From contig NC_043008.1 of the NCBI RefSeq assembly GCF_006345805.1, forward strand, positions 42,966,001 through 43,030,000: 64,000 nucleotides of DNA. Reading direction: 5' to 3'. This DNA comes from Octopus sinensis (lineage: Eukaryota). Numbering within the stretch: position 1 is the stretch's first letter; every line of letters starts with the position of its first letter. A program made the position numbers and the translations under genes. The notes under the pieces were generated by a model that searched no databases, was not told where the DNA came from, and saw only the letters and a list, made by a program, of their open reading frames with translations. Of the stretch, positions 41,650 to 54,688 are shown in pieces.

Positions 41650-41860
41650 AAGGCGGCGAGCGGGCAGAAACATTAGCACGTAGGACGAAATGCTTGGCGG
41701 TATCTCGTCTGTGTTTATGTTCTGATTCCAAATCTCGCAGAAGTTGACTTAGCTTTTCATCCTTTCGGGATCGATGAATTATGTACCAGTTGCGTACTGG
41801 GGTCGATCTAATCGACTGCCCCCTCTCCCCAAATTTCCCTTGTGCCTAGAGTAGAAAAGA
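41650..41860 (+). mobile_element. SINE family B
   Basis: ggcggcgagcgggcagaaacattagcacg..tttcatcctttcgggatcgatgaattatgtaccagttgcgtactggggtcgat. Confidence 0.8.
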
Positions 41861-42872
41861 ATATTTTTAGCGAAATTCATGTTTATACAAACATTAATTT
41901 TCGAAGGAAATGGCTGAAAGTAACATCAGAGTCACTGCTAAACTTTTCCTCGTGAAAATGCAACGTTCATCCACGGGTTTATATATACAAGCGGACCCTA
42001 GCTGCTCCAGACAGCGTATCTGAGGGTTACCTTATGTAAATTTTCTTTCTCTTTTCCATACAATTATGTGTTCACGGAGATATTCGGCTTTTATTTCTTG
42101 CAAATCAAACCACATAAATGTTCTTTCATCTTTCTTTTCGTAAGGAATAATCTTGAGCTGGGGATCCGCTTTAAGGGCGGGATTAATTAAGAGTAGGTTT
42201 CAGTGTGACAAATTGGCAGTGTCGTTAGAGAGGAGAACAAAATTAGTTTGAGCCGTTACTTATAGTTCTCTGAGTTCTAATCCTACTGAAGTTAACGTTA
42301 CATTTTTTTTGATTCGGGAATTAACAAACAACAGTGCGTTGGTGGCTTGTTGGGGTGTTGAGAAGGAGGACCTGTGGTGTTTGTTCCAACTCATTGCCCG
42401 ATTCAATTACTTCACTAGTCCATAACACAAAACTTCACCTTCGGTACCATCAACGTCACTACCTTGTCCCTGATTACCTTTTTACTTTAACACCTGATCT
42501 TTGGCTCACTTCGACACCACCGATCGATTCTTGTATAATTTTTATAAGCTCTTCGATCAAATCTCCAGTTCGAGGCTAAGTTCCCCTCTTGTTTCTACCA
42601 GGGTCAGGAATAATGTCCTTTCTTCACTGACGAAGTGCTGAAAAAAAAAAACAAACTAAAACACTACCAAAAATTGAGATGCTGAGAGCCAGAGGAAGTG
42701 TTTGGTAGATTTAGTCCATGACCCGCGTAAACGACGCGACTTGGTTTGTGATTGCATTTAGCGGAGATCATTCCATTGCTGGCATTCGAGCTAGGAATCA
42801 GGTTTGAAGATATCTGTCTCCCATCATGCATCTAGTCTCGGAGGTCCTACGCGTTAACATTACGCACCCCAC

Positions 42873-42917
<45 letters not shown>

Positions 42918-43137
42918 AACACGCACATACAAACACACATACGCACACACATTTATGTGTATGTGTATGTGTCAGTGTGAACAGTACTCTAATGTAGGAT
43001 AAGAATATATGTGTCTGTACCGTCTGATATCTATGTTGGGGGACAAGCACAGACACACAAACATATACATACAGCACTATCTACTATACATATCTATCTA
43101 CTAATACATACTATCTATCTATTATCTATCTATCTAT

Positions 43138-43168
<31 letters not shown>

Positions 43169-43209
43169 CTATCTATCAGTCTATCTATCTATATCTTATC
43201 TATCTATCT

Positions 43210-43263
<54 letters not shown>

Positions 43264-44883
43264 ATCTATCTATCTAAATATCTATCTATCTATCTATACG
43301 TGCGTATATAATTGAGCGTGTTTGTAATTCTGCAAAACCTTACATTCAATAAAAATGTAAAGTGTTAATCAAAGACCAGGAATATCGTTCGGAATTACTT
43401 CACAGAGAATGGTAAGTCAATTAAAGTGGATTGGTGTCCATTAATTTCTAGAGTGGTTGTTTAGTCATGTGGAAAATGTTACACACTCGGATACAGAGAA
43501 ATCATTGGGTGTATAACGAACAAACATCCAGATCTAAGGACCTTAAATTACGCCTCGAGGCGAGAAGCCGGGCTAATACAGGCCACGAGCGAATATTTTC
43601 TCCAAAATAGCTATGGACAGTGATTGGTTTACCTTAATGAAGACCAGCTGGAATGTGTGTGTATGTGTGTGTGTGTGAAATAAATAACAAGAACATGAAG
43701 AAAGAAGTAGAATTTGCTTGAGTTTTGCTCTTTTATTTTTCAAGCTGCAAAATTTCATTAACCAAAATCTCAACCCCTCAAAACTCACAGAGTCCGGCAT
43801 TGAAAAATCATCAGTTGGAGTACAGTTTTCAAAACCGTTTGGGAAACATGACCCAAACTTTCATTTGACACGTCCAATACACACACACAAAGTCACCCCA
43901 TGCGTATATATATACACACACACACAAATATGTATGTGTATATATGTATCTCTCTCTCTCTCTCTCGTTCCAGCTCAATCGCTGCCCGGTGGTTGATCTG
44001 CTGAACAGAAAGTGCCATGTAGACTACGGAACACATTGGCAGTTTCGACAAATTGAATATCGACAAAAAACCAAAAAAAACCAGAAAGAAACAAAGGAAA
44101 ATGTCAGAGAAAATTCAACCTTTCAGTGCTCCAGCATGGCCTTTACTTTAATGGCTGAAGCAAACTGGAAAAAACTAAAAACATTAAAAAGCAACACAAA
44201 CAGATACGCACTCACAGACATACACACACACACTCACAAAGATACACCCACACCAACACACACACGCGTATATATACGCACACGTATACTCGGCATGTGG
44301 GTGTTTGTAAATGTATGTATAAACTAAAATATATATGATCGATGCAGTAAAAGTGTTAAACATAAACAGACGAGTGTGAAGTTCTATAGGTTACGTGTAA
44401 ATACGAGTGTAAAATCTAAGAAAGTGTGTGTATATATATATATGTCATTTATCAGTGTGTATGTTTGTGCATAGTTTTGCACGTATGACGTCAACGACGA
44501 CATACAAATGTACACTCACTTCACACACAAACACACACAGATGCAAAGTGGCGGAAATTGATAGATTTAATGTGGAACAATAATTATGCAGGGACGTCTT
44601 GTCGTCCCTCACCGCCCACGTATATCGTCATCAATTTAATAATACAGTCTGATCTAGAGATATTACATTATAGTTTCGTGATGGGAATACTAAACTAGAC
44701 TACAATGGTTGCATCGCATATACGCATGCACGTAGAATCACGCCGCTCACACCCTTACCTGCTCACATACACGTACAGACACTCATATACACATACGTCT
44801 ATATTCACAAATATATACATACGCACATACGTGCACATCTATATTATGTATAGCACACACATACACACACACGCTTATCATGC

Positions 44884-44923
<40 letters not shown>

Positions 44924-44924
44924 G

Positions 44925-44966
<42 letters not shown>

Positions 44967-45200
44967 CCTCTCTATCTCCCTATCTTTCTATCCCCCTCTC
45001 TCTTTCTTTCTCTCTCTCTATGTATGTATGTATGTATGTATGTATGTATGTATGTATGTATGTATGTATGTATGTATGTATGTATGTATCAATCTATCTA
45101 TCTATCTATCTATCTCCCTCTCCATCACCCTATCTTTCTATCTCCCTCTCCCTCTATCTATCTCTCTCTATCTCCCTATCTTCCTATCTCTCTCTCTCTT

Positions 45201-45235
<35 letters not shown>

Positions 45236-45499
45236 CGTGCAGTACAGGTAAAAAATGATGGGGTTATGTATTTTCTTTTGGTCATTCTTAATCTTCGCAC
45301 TTGAACCATTGCAGTATTTTCTTTTCGTTTTTTTTTCCCACTACTTTTTTTTCTTCAGTTTCTTATTGTTGCTCTGCAATTCTCCTCTCTCTCACATTCA
45401 GGTCAAACAACCTCTGCTTCTTAGGTCAATCTTTGTTTTCTCTCTATATTTCAATGTAAGCAATTTCTCCGTAACTGAGCTCTTTGTTTGACCTACAAT

Positions 45500-45830
45500 T
45501 ACATATTGCATATTTAAAGAGTCGGGTCTTCATATCCTCACTCTCACCCTTTATGCCACACTTATTATTCATCGTATTCACAAACTGCCGCACTTTCCTT
45601 TTGGCTCTATTAGTATCTACGTGATTCGATCATTCTCCGTCTCTTTATTATTGTCTCACATTACCTCTCGAATTTCCCCTCCCTGTCTTGTTGTGATCTC
45701 AGTGTCTTCTTCCTACGAAACTTCTTTTACATAATTACTTAATCGCTCTTCCTTTTCTCCTTTCACTCAGTTTTTTTCCATCTTATCCTATTTTTCACTT
45801 CCTGCTCACATGATTTCTGGGTAACTGGCG
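45500..45830 (-). mobile_element. Possible RTE-like LINE 3' remnant
   Basis: Minus-strand CEQEVKNRI resembles the RTE C..EV..RI motif; the rest is decayed. Confidence 0.25.
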
Positions 45831-45900
45831 ACTATATTTTGCTCTCTCTCTCTCTCTCTCTCATTCTCTCAGTGTCAATGTCCTACTTATTTATCTAACT

Positions 45901-46388
45901 AAGCAAAATGTCGCCAAAATGGGGTCCGAGGGACTCTGAGGAGACGGCGGGGAACTACAGAGGGTCGATCAAAGCCAAGGGGTTGAATGGGGGGAGGGGG
46001 TCGGCGTGCGAAAAACAAACCCACCCAGATGAACTGTTTGAAATATTTAGTCAGCGCCGTGCCCATCTCTCACATGGTGTCAATTTCAATAAAACATATT
46101 TCAGCAATATGATGCGTTTTTCACATTTTCTAAAAAAAGTTGAAAGTTTAATACTGTATACTCTTGCACTTTAAATGTAAAAAGTGTGTCATCTTCAACA
46201 GAACTTCTTGATTTGTCGTACATGTATATTTTAGCTAATATTTTAATTGCCAGCATCATACCCAGTACGAATTTAAGATATGGTACAGTAGGGTCGGGTA
46301 TTAAGATATTTTAAATGAGGAGAGCTGTCGATGCAGAAGGAGAAGTGGCTTGAGGGAGTCGATGGTCGAACAAGTTTGGCGACCCCTG
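45901..46388. mobile_element. hAT-like MITE, decayed
   Basis: Right end aagtttggcgacccctg; left-end remnant gtcgccaaa; flanks atctaact and atctaaat resemble an 8-bp TSD. Confidence 0.4.
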
Positions 46389-46562
46389 ATCTAAATTTAC
46401 CTCGCTTTTATAAAACTTTCACCCGCTTGTTGTTAGTACGGCCGCGCCTTTCGCCTTCTTTTGTATTGTCAGATGACGTTAGAAACCAACGATGAAAACT
46501 GGAGACATGTAACTTAGCCTTTTTATTCAGAAAGCTACATCTATGAGTATCTCACTCTCTAC

Positions 46563-47037
46563 GTATGTATGTATGTATGAATGTATGTATGTATGTATGT
46601 ATGTATGAATGTATGTATGTATGCATGTATGTATGTATGTATGTATGTATGTATGTATGTATGTATGTATGTATGTATGAATGTATGTATGAATGTATGT
46701 ATGTAGTATGTATGTATGTATGTATGTATGTATGTATGTATGTATGTGTATGTATGTATGAATGTATGTATGATGTATGTATGTATGTGTGTATGTATGT
46801 ATGTATTTATGTATGTATGTATGTAGTATGTATGTATGTAGTATGTATGTATGTATGTATGTATGAATGATGTATGTATGTATGTAGTATGTATGTATGT
46901 ATGTATGTAGTATGTATGTATGTATATATGTATGTATGTATGTATGTATGTGTGTATGTACGTATGAATGTATGTATGTATGAATGTAGTATGAATGTAT
47001 GTATGTATTATGTATGTGTATGTATGTAGTATGTATG
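46563..47037. repeat. (TATG)n microsatellite, about 470 bp
   Basis: Direct reading. Confidence 0.97.
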
Positions 47038-47107
47038 CGTGCATTACACACACGCGCCCATAGTGATAGAGACAGGGATAGATAATTATAGATAGATGCC
47101 TTGCATA

Positions 47108-47147
<40 letters not shown>

Positions 47148-47152
47148 TATAT

Positions 47153-47208
47153 ATATACGCGTTTCGGATGTCGGGGCGGAAATCTGCTTCAGCATTTCGT
47201 CAGTTATC
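47153..47208 (-). ncRNA. Minimal hammerhead-like motif (inverted partner of 47225-47285)
   Basis: Reverse complement gataa-CTGACGA-aatgctgaagcagatttccgccccgacatcc-GAAAC-GC-GTA-tata. Confidence 0.55.
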
Positions 47209-47224
47209 TAGGCAATCGAAATTC

Positions 47225-47285
47225 GATAACTGAAGAGATGCCGGTGCAGGTTTCCGCCTCGACCGCCGAAACTCGGAGTTTTATT
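47225..47285 (+). ncRNA. Minimal hammerhead-like motif
   Basis: ATAA-CTGAAGA-gatgccggtgcaggtttccgcctcgaccgcc-GAAAC-TCGGA-GTT-TTAT, with stem I ATAA/TTAT. Confidence 0.55.
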
Positions 47286-47368
47286 ATGGCAACCGAATAA
47301 TTGTCACATATTATATTACATATACACATATATCTATATATACACACATAGGTATACACACACATATG

Positions 47369-47441
<73 letters not shown>

Positions 47442-47894
47442 TTATATACAGATATATATGCTTGTATATATTTGTGTTTGCATATATACATATATGTGTG
47501 TGTGTGTGTGTGTATGTATGTTTATTTATACACACACACACTCATTTATGCAGACATATATTTAGTTAATTCGATTGATACAAAGAAAATCAAAGTGGAC
47601 CCAGTCTGCCTTGTTTCAAGAAGCGTCTGCACACCGTGGAAACTGCAGAATAAACTACTTTCATGTTATTTTCGCATTGAATTCTTCCCCGGAACATGAC
47701 TCCCCACCCCCACCACACACCTGCTTGTGAGTATATGAACGCATATATTTGTTTTTTGCAACGAAGTAATTTCCCCTATATTCGAAACAAGCGTTAACGT
47801 ACATATTTCTGCAAAACCACACACGCTCATGTATTACGTGGCCTATATCACCTACACACACATACATACATACATATACACTCATACATACGCT

Positions 47895-47925
<31 letters not shown>

Positions 47926-48611
47926 ATATATATGCGTGTGTCTAAAATTGCACCACATTTTCAATCAGTTACGCACTCTTAGATAATCAGTCAAATTCAA
48001 TTATAAATAGATATATAACAAGTTGCACATAGCTAAGCACGCGCGCACACACATACACACACACACACACATACACACACACACACATATACCTGCCTAC
48101 CCTCACAGACACTTAATAAATATATTGAACACGTATAGTCTATTGATTATCATCTCAACTTGTTAATGAAACACACAAGCGGAATGTTGAACAAGAATAA
48201 GATGACATTCCGTTCTTCTGGTCACGAATTCTTACCATCAAAACGTCCAACTTTTTATTCTTTTATTTTCTCTCCCCTTTTTGTTGCTATTTTGGTTTTC
48301 TACAAAATTCCGATCAGGTGAGATACCAATCAAAGTAAAGGTGCCAAAAGGTCTGCAACTAATTAAGAATCTCTAATCTAATTTGATCAAGCAACAACAA
48401 AAATATTGATTCCTCTTGATAGAAAGATAGAATTTGCCGGAAAAATGTCAAGAGAATTGATTTGAGGAATGGTACCTCCATCGAAATAATATACCATTAG
48501 TATACAATTTAGAACTGTCCCTAACGAAGTTTAAACCCGGAATATAAGGTAGTAAATTAAAATTAATTATTTCGTGTATCGATGATCGTTAAGGATCTCA
48601 TATAATTAATA

Positions 48612-48815
48612 ATACAGGCTTCAAATTTTTGCACAAGGCCAGCAATTTCAGGGGTGGAGGTAAGTCAATTACATCGACCCCAGTGCTTAACTGGTACTTA
48701 TTTTAATGACCCCGAAAGGATGAAAGGCAAAGTGGACCACGGCGGAATTTGAACTCAGAACGTAAAGACGGGTGATATGGTTCGGTGAGCTAACGATTCT
48801 ACCAGGTCACAGCCC
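48612..48815 (-). mobile_element. SINE family B
   Basis: acatcgaccccagtg..actggtactta..accccgaaaggatgaaaggcaaagt..ggcggaatttgaactcagaacgtaa. Confidence 0.8.
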
Positions 48816-49899
48816 TCAATCAATCAATAATATCGATTTTTGTCTTATGCAATCGTCATTCAGAAATAAATCAAAGAATCGAACGGAGAGCTGCATCTGT
48901 TTAACAGTTCCAAACCTCGATGAAAACCAGATTCACTCAATTAGTTAAACACTGCTATATTATCGCCACTCCACGTTTCTCTTCTCTCATAATTCATGAT
49001 TTTGGGACTTTGTGAAAAATTATAAAAAATAATCCCTTTTTCTTTTTACATTAGCGCAAGCTCAACCGTTTACGGGACAGAGAGAATGTGATTGAGTGTC
49101 AGTCGTAGTTTTCTCAACACTATTAGAAGCGTAAGTGATACAAATTGATTTATTTGTCTTTAATGGTTTTCTCTAGAGGAAAAGGATTCGCCTGTGTGCG
49201 CTTTAAAGGTTTCCCAGTCTGTATGGTGACGATAACAGGAATAACAAAAGTAGAGATTTTTTCCCACTGAAAAGAGTTTTTTAGCATGTGGTTGGGAAAC
49301 AATATGCTTCCGGTTCTTCATTATGGTTAGCCAATCACTACTATGGCTATTGGGGGGGGGAGGATATTCGTTGGTGACTTGTACAAGGTGGGTTCTCCTC
49401 TCGTGCCATACTTCGAGTCCCTAATCTGTGGAGGCAACTTAAGAATTATATGTGTGTGTGTATGCGTGTGTATGTGTCTATTTGTTTACCACTCACTGGC
49501 AATTCTGTATAAATCTTTGGTTTACGGCAAACCATGAATCCAATAAAAAGTGTTTTGCTGGACTCGGGTAACTTCACAAGTTAAACAATGATGTTTATAT
49601 TGAAATGTAATCTTGAGTTCATTTAACGCATGCGCCCTCATCATGTGTTATACTCTCGGAGTTTTTACTCTCAGCAACCTACTTTGTATTTTACCATTAA
49701 TTTTCAGTTATATATTTAATATTCCACTGTTACCAATTTAATATAAATATAAGACAAACATAGATAGGCAGAGAGTTTTCAACACGAAGTGAAAAAAAAA
49801 CGCTTTTATACCTGTTTAATTAAATGCTTAAGTGACTTTTTTTATTTCTTCACATCCGATCACACATAAACACACACGTATATATAATTGTATAATTTG

Positions 49900-50350
49900 A
49901 AATGCGTAATATAATATATTTTAGGAACTGGTTTCTGTGGCCTATTGGAATATAATGTGTTAGTATTTGTTTGCAGTCAATGACAGTTTAATTGGATGTA
50001 GCCATCCGAATAATGAATTACTTTCAGACTTCCGCAGTTATTCAGTTGCTGTATTTATATGGCAATAATGTATCAGCATTAATATTCAAAAATCACTTCC
50101 AACATAAGACTGCAGTAAGGATGTATAGTAAATAATTACGCGTGATAACTATTTACAAAGCGTAGAATAGCGCTGAAGGGAAAACAGAGCCTTGTAGGAC
50201 ACCATGCGCCGCCTGTTGTGTAATGGTTTAACACAGAGATATGGTTAACTTTTGCTTCATCCATTCGGTTTAAATTATGCGATTTTACCTACAGGAAGCG
50301 GAATGAACATCACAATATCTACCTCTACATCCCGGAAATAGTTTATTTAT
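49900..50350 (-). mobile_element. Decayed L2/CR1-group LINE RT remnant
   Basis: Minus-strand motifs in correct order: PGCRG; HGVLQGSVFPSALF; INAD-T; WLHPIKLSLTANK (compare GVPQGS, FADDT, WLxxNKLSLNxxK). Confidence 0.55.
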
Positions 50351-50656
50351 TGAAAGATATTTCTGAATGGTAGTGAAATAGAAATTGTAGGAAGGTGTGC
50401 TGAATATTTCTGTGTGTGTTTGTAAAGATGGGCGGCTAAATCTTGTCATGTGTACGTCTGTGAATGAATATGATTGTGTGTGCGTCTGTGTGAGTGGACA
50501 AAATTGCATGCATGTTTCTCTGTATATATATATAGTATTCATGTAAGAATGTGCTTATGTGTATGGTTTGATGCGCGCGCACACACACACACACATACAC
50601 GCACACATACACGCATACACACACGTCTATCTATCTCTCGATCTCTCTATAGAGAT

Positions 50657-50691
<35 letters not shown>

Positions 50692-50952
50692 TAAATACAT
50701 GCATACACACATTTGAATCCCTACACATAGGAAAACACACACAGAAATATACACATACTTGATTATATAGACACGAATATCTATGAATGGATCATTGCAC
50801 ATATTTCTGAACACATAGATTTACATTTATGAATATCGACACTCATTAGTTCACGCACATTTGAATGCAAACGCATATAATTTTGCACATATGAATACAC
50901 ACACATAAAACCCATACACACGCATATGATTATCCTCCCTACACAAAGGAAC

Positions 50953-50996
<44 letters not shown>

Positions 50997-53499
50997 ATAT
51001 ACAGACAGGCACATATGTATGTGTGTTCGTGTGAACATGTAATTTTAATCCATTCACTCCATCAACCTTTAATTTCATTAATGAGGAAACTATAAATTAA
51101 CTACAAATTAACCGACAGAAACAAATGTAAATCGGTTTGTTTTTTTCCTATTTCCCCCTCCAAATTGCATTTGATTATTGATGGATTGTGAAATGAAGAG
51201 GGGGCACGAAAGCAATGAGGCGTGACTCCGGTGGGCAGAGAGGGGTTGTAGGGGGTAGCTTTGCTGCTTTTGAGGAGGGAGAAGGGAATTTAGTTTAGTT
51301 AGCTCACAATGCTGGCGGAATGAAGACATTGGTTTTAAAGCAAAAATATTTTGTGGCGCCGCGATGGCGGAACATCATGAGTTAAAACTGATTTCCATTT
51401 GAAAATATGAACGGTTAGTTATATGGGGTGGAGAATACAAAATAGGAATAAGCAGGGTGTTGATTAGACTCCCACATTTTTACACGTAATTCTTTGATTG
51501 TTTGTAGTTATTTTCGTTTATAATATTTTGTTATATTTTACACTTGATATCTTACTAATATAAAGTAGATTCTCGTGGTTTGGATAACGGAAAATGATAA
51601 AATTTTAAATTAAAATTTTCTGTTTAAAAGGTTATCTTGAATATAAGATGTATTTAGCTAAAATCCAAACGGTATTTGAAAGAATTAGAAACTTATTGAG
51701 TTTATCTCTAATTTAATCGTAAAAAAACATGTTTAGAAGCTTTTTAATTGGATAAAATATTCAAAATTATGTTGTCTTAGTGAAGGCTTAATAAATAATC
51801 TTTTAATATTGTTTCATTAAAAGTGTTTATTTTATATATATTTTGTTTCATTATACTTCAAACTAATTATTTACGTTGCTAAATATTTACATTTACTTAA
51901 ATGACTTTTCCATAAACAACATTCCCGATTAAGATTCTATTTTCCTCATTGTGATGTGCTTTTTAGGCCAATTTGAAAGAAACTTGGTTGTTATTTTTGG
52001 TATCTCATGTAACCACATAAAAGCTATCACATTGGAAAATATGTTTGTGTTTGTTAGTAATGTTTGTAACTGGTGATGAATGTCAGAGGGAAATTTGTTT
52101 GACAGTAATTTTGTTCATTAAATTTGCGTAACATTTCAGTGAAATATACGAACATAAACAAAATGGTAAATGATACATTTTTGTAAGTTATCTTTATTCG
52201 TGATACGGAATTTTTTTCTCATTTCTTTTTCAAAATTTCACAATTGTTTAACAATAAATTTTTGAAGTGGAAAATAACACATTTGCTTTACAAACAAGAG
52301 AATTGACAGTTTTGCTGTCTGTAATAATTTAGCCACCTCGAAAATAGTAGAACTGCATAAATATAGGACAGAGTAGAATTAACTATTTTACCGACTAAAA
52401 GTTTCTATAAACCTGTTACTACTTTTATAACCTTTCTTTTTCTTTCTCCAGTTTCTCCCGTTTTTATCTGCTTCTTTTCATTACAGAATATATTGTAGTA
52501 TTTCAGAAAGAAATATTTTTTCTGCAACGTGCGAGGGAAAATAAACTTTGATTTAATATAAAATACAGAACTTACTTTTTCTGTATGTTTTGCCAATTTA
52601 TTGAGTTAACTCATTTTTTTCTTATTTAGTTTCTCCTAATAAATTATTTAAGAGATGTTTTGACTGAAGATAGCACGTATACGACAAACAGACAACCGGA
52701 CAGGAAAAGACGGCTTTGATTATAAAAATAGATTGTTATGGATGACAGTCGCTTGAATCAAAACCTGTAGGATGCAAATAACTTATACTGACTCAGAACC
52801 TCTTATTTGTTGAGAGAAAACTATCAATAATAGAGAATCAAATTGTCTACGCTTTTATTTTAGTAGAACCAAGAATAATTAAAGGCAAACTCAACCACAG
52901 TAGGAGTATAAAGGGCAGTAACTACACACTGCAAAGCACTTTGTTTTACCTACTAACGCAGATGTTTTCGACCGTCTGTGGTTTGCAAGAACCACAGATA
53001 TCGCAGTTTCTTGAGAAGCGTTAGAAAAGAAAAACGAGCAACAAAGCGAACAATACCAAAGCCTTGAGAGTTTTAACACACCAACCAGCGAATGTGTATT
53101 CATTGTATTGAGATAAAGAGTAATATGTCTCTTCAATAACCAGAAAGGACAATCAGACAATCACTGCATCCACCGCTGTTTTAAAGCAACTTGAATTCTC
53201 GTTTTAATCTTAATTCTGTGTATTTTTTTCTAGCGTAGGGCGGAAAGTTGGAGTCAAATCACCTTAGCAGGATTTGAAACCAGAAAACAAAGAGGAAGTA
53301 GAAATACCGCAAGGTATTATATTCATTAATACTTTAACGATTCTGCGAGTCTCCCGCCATTTTCAACACTCCACCGCCCAAACTTTAGAAAAAAGGTAGC
53401 TGATGGCCTACAACAACTTTACACAAGTACAGTTGACGTATTAAACACATTAGCTCTAATTAAAACTCATTAAAACCGTCGAGTGGAGTCCATACCAGA

Positions 53500-53550
53500 A
53501 ATTATTATTATTATTATTTATTATATTATTATTATTATTATTATTTATTA

Positions 53551-53590
<40 letters not shown>

Positions 53591-53629
53591 TATTATTATT
53601 ATTTATTATTATTATTATTATTATTGTTA

Positions 53630-53664
<35 letters not shown>

Positions 53665-53678
53665 TATTATTATTATTG

Positions 53679-53756
<78 letters not shown>

Positions 53757-53800
53757 GTTATTATTATTGTTATTGTTGTTGTTGTTGTTGTTTTTGTTGT
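53500..53800. repeat. (TTA)n grading into (TTG)n microsatellite
   Basis: Direct reading. Confidence 0.95.
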
Positions 53801-54141
53801 TAATGTTGGGGAGGGTGTGGATGGTGGATGCGGAAACCGCTTATTGTCCGGTAAATTAGTTATCTCCCTTTATATTCTAAGTTGCAATTCCATCGCTTCT
53901 GATTTTGTTTTCCAATACTTCCGGGGTCGATAAGCCACCAGTCATCTATTGTTTCCGTTTCCCAGTACCTCCGCAGCCGATAAACCAAATACCAGTAAAC
54001 TACTGGGGTCGATTCATAGGAAAATAGATTTGTCTTCTCGTACCAAAGTTAAAAATTCTTAATACTTACAATTATTTTTACCTTCGTCTAACTCAGTCTT
54101 GAAACAGGTTCGATACTCAGCTGAACTCTATTTAATTCTAG

Positions 54142-54300
54142 GGGCAGGCATGTGTGCTTCGGAAGTTCCTCACGCAACTATGCCACTTCAGGATCGATCC
54201 TACAGCGCGCGTATGTTGGCATGTATGTTGTGGTCTCAGACTGACTAAAGCTAGAGGAGTGGAATTTTGTTGACGGAAACTGTAAGGAACCCACCGAAGA
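54142..54300 (+). mobile_element. SINE family A, 5' part, degenerate
   Basis: gggcaggcatgtgtg..ggatcgatcctacagcg..gagtggaattttgttgacggaaactgtaaggaaccc. Confidence 0.55.
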
Positions 54301-54526
54301 AACTTCCCTGTTTTGATGGGTGTAAATTTTATACGTCGCACCGTTTCACACTACGAGCTGGTCTTTAGGTTTCTTTCGCAGTTCCCCAGTCTGTTGTAAT
54401 CATGTGAGCCATGTGGCTGGTCGGAGAATTAATTTTATCCTTTTCCACCCACAAATCGTCGAGATCCTAAAAATATCAGAGGCACGTCCGTCGTTATTCT
54501 GATTAAGTCATAAATATATAATTTCC

Positions 54527-54688
54527 CGTTAGATTCACTTCAACATTTAAATTTAATTTTCCAAAATATTTTCGTTGCTTTGAGATTGCGACCTGTTCAC
54601 TGACGAGTGCAGCAGTGATCAGGTCACGGTCCCAAAGCGACGAAAATATTTTGGAAAATTAAATTTAAATGTTGAAGTGAATTTAACG
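54527..54688. repeat. Fold-back of two 76-bp arms (7 mismatches, 10-nt spacer), each with a hammerhead-like motif
   Basis: 54527-54602 is the reverse complement of 54613-54688. Arm consensus ca-GTGAACA-g-GTCGC-n9-GCGAC-GAAA-ATAT-TT-tgg. Confidence 0.9.

Noticed and set aside
47570-47700. Non-repetitive stretch that might be a host exon (similarly 10340-10440 and 55780-56340)
   Set aside because: No recognisable protein motif and no convincing splice-site pair; it needs RNA-seq.
52380-52735. Possible Helitron/Helentron-like 3' end
   Set aside because: Only a vague resemblance; no clear hairpin plus CTRR terminus or second copy.
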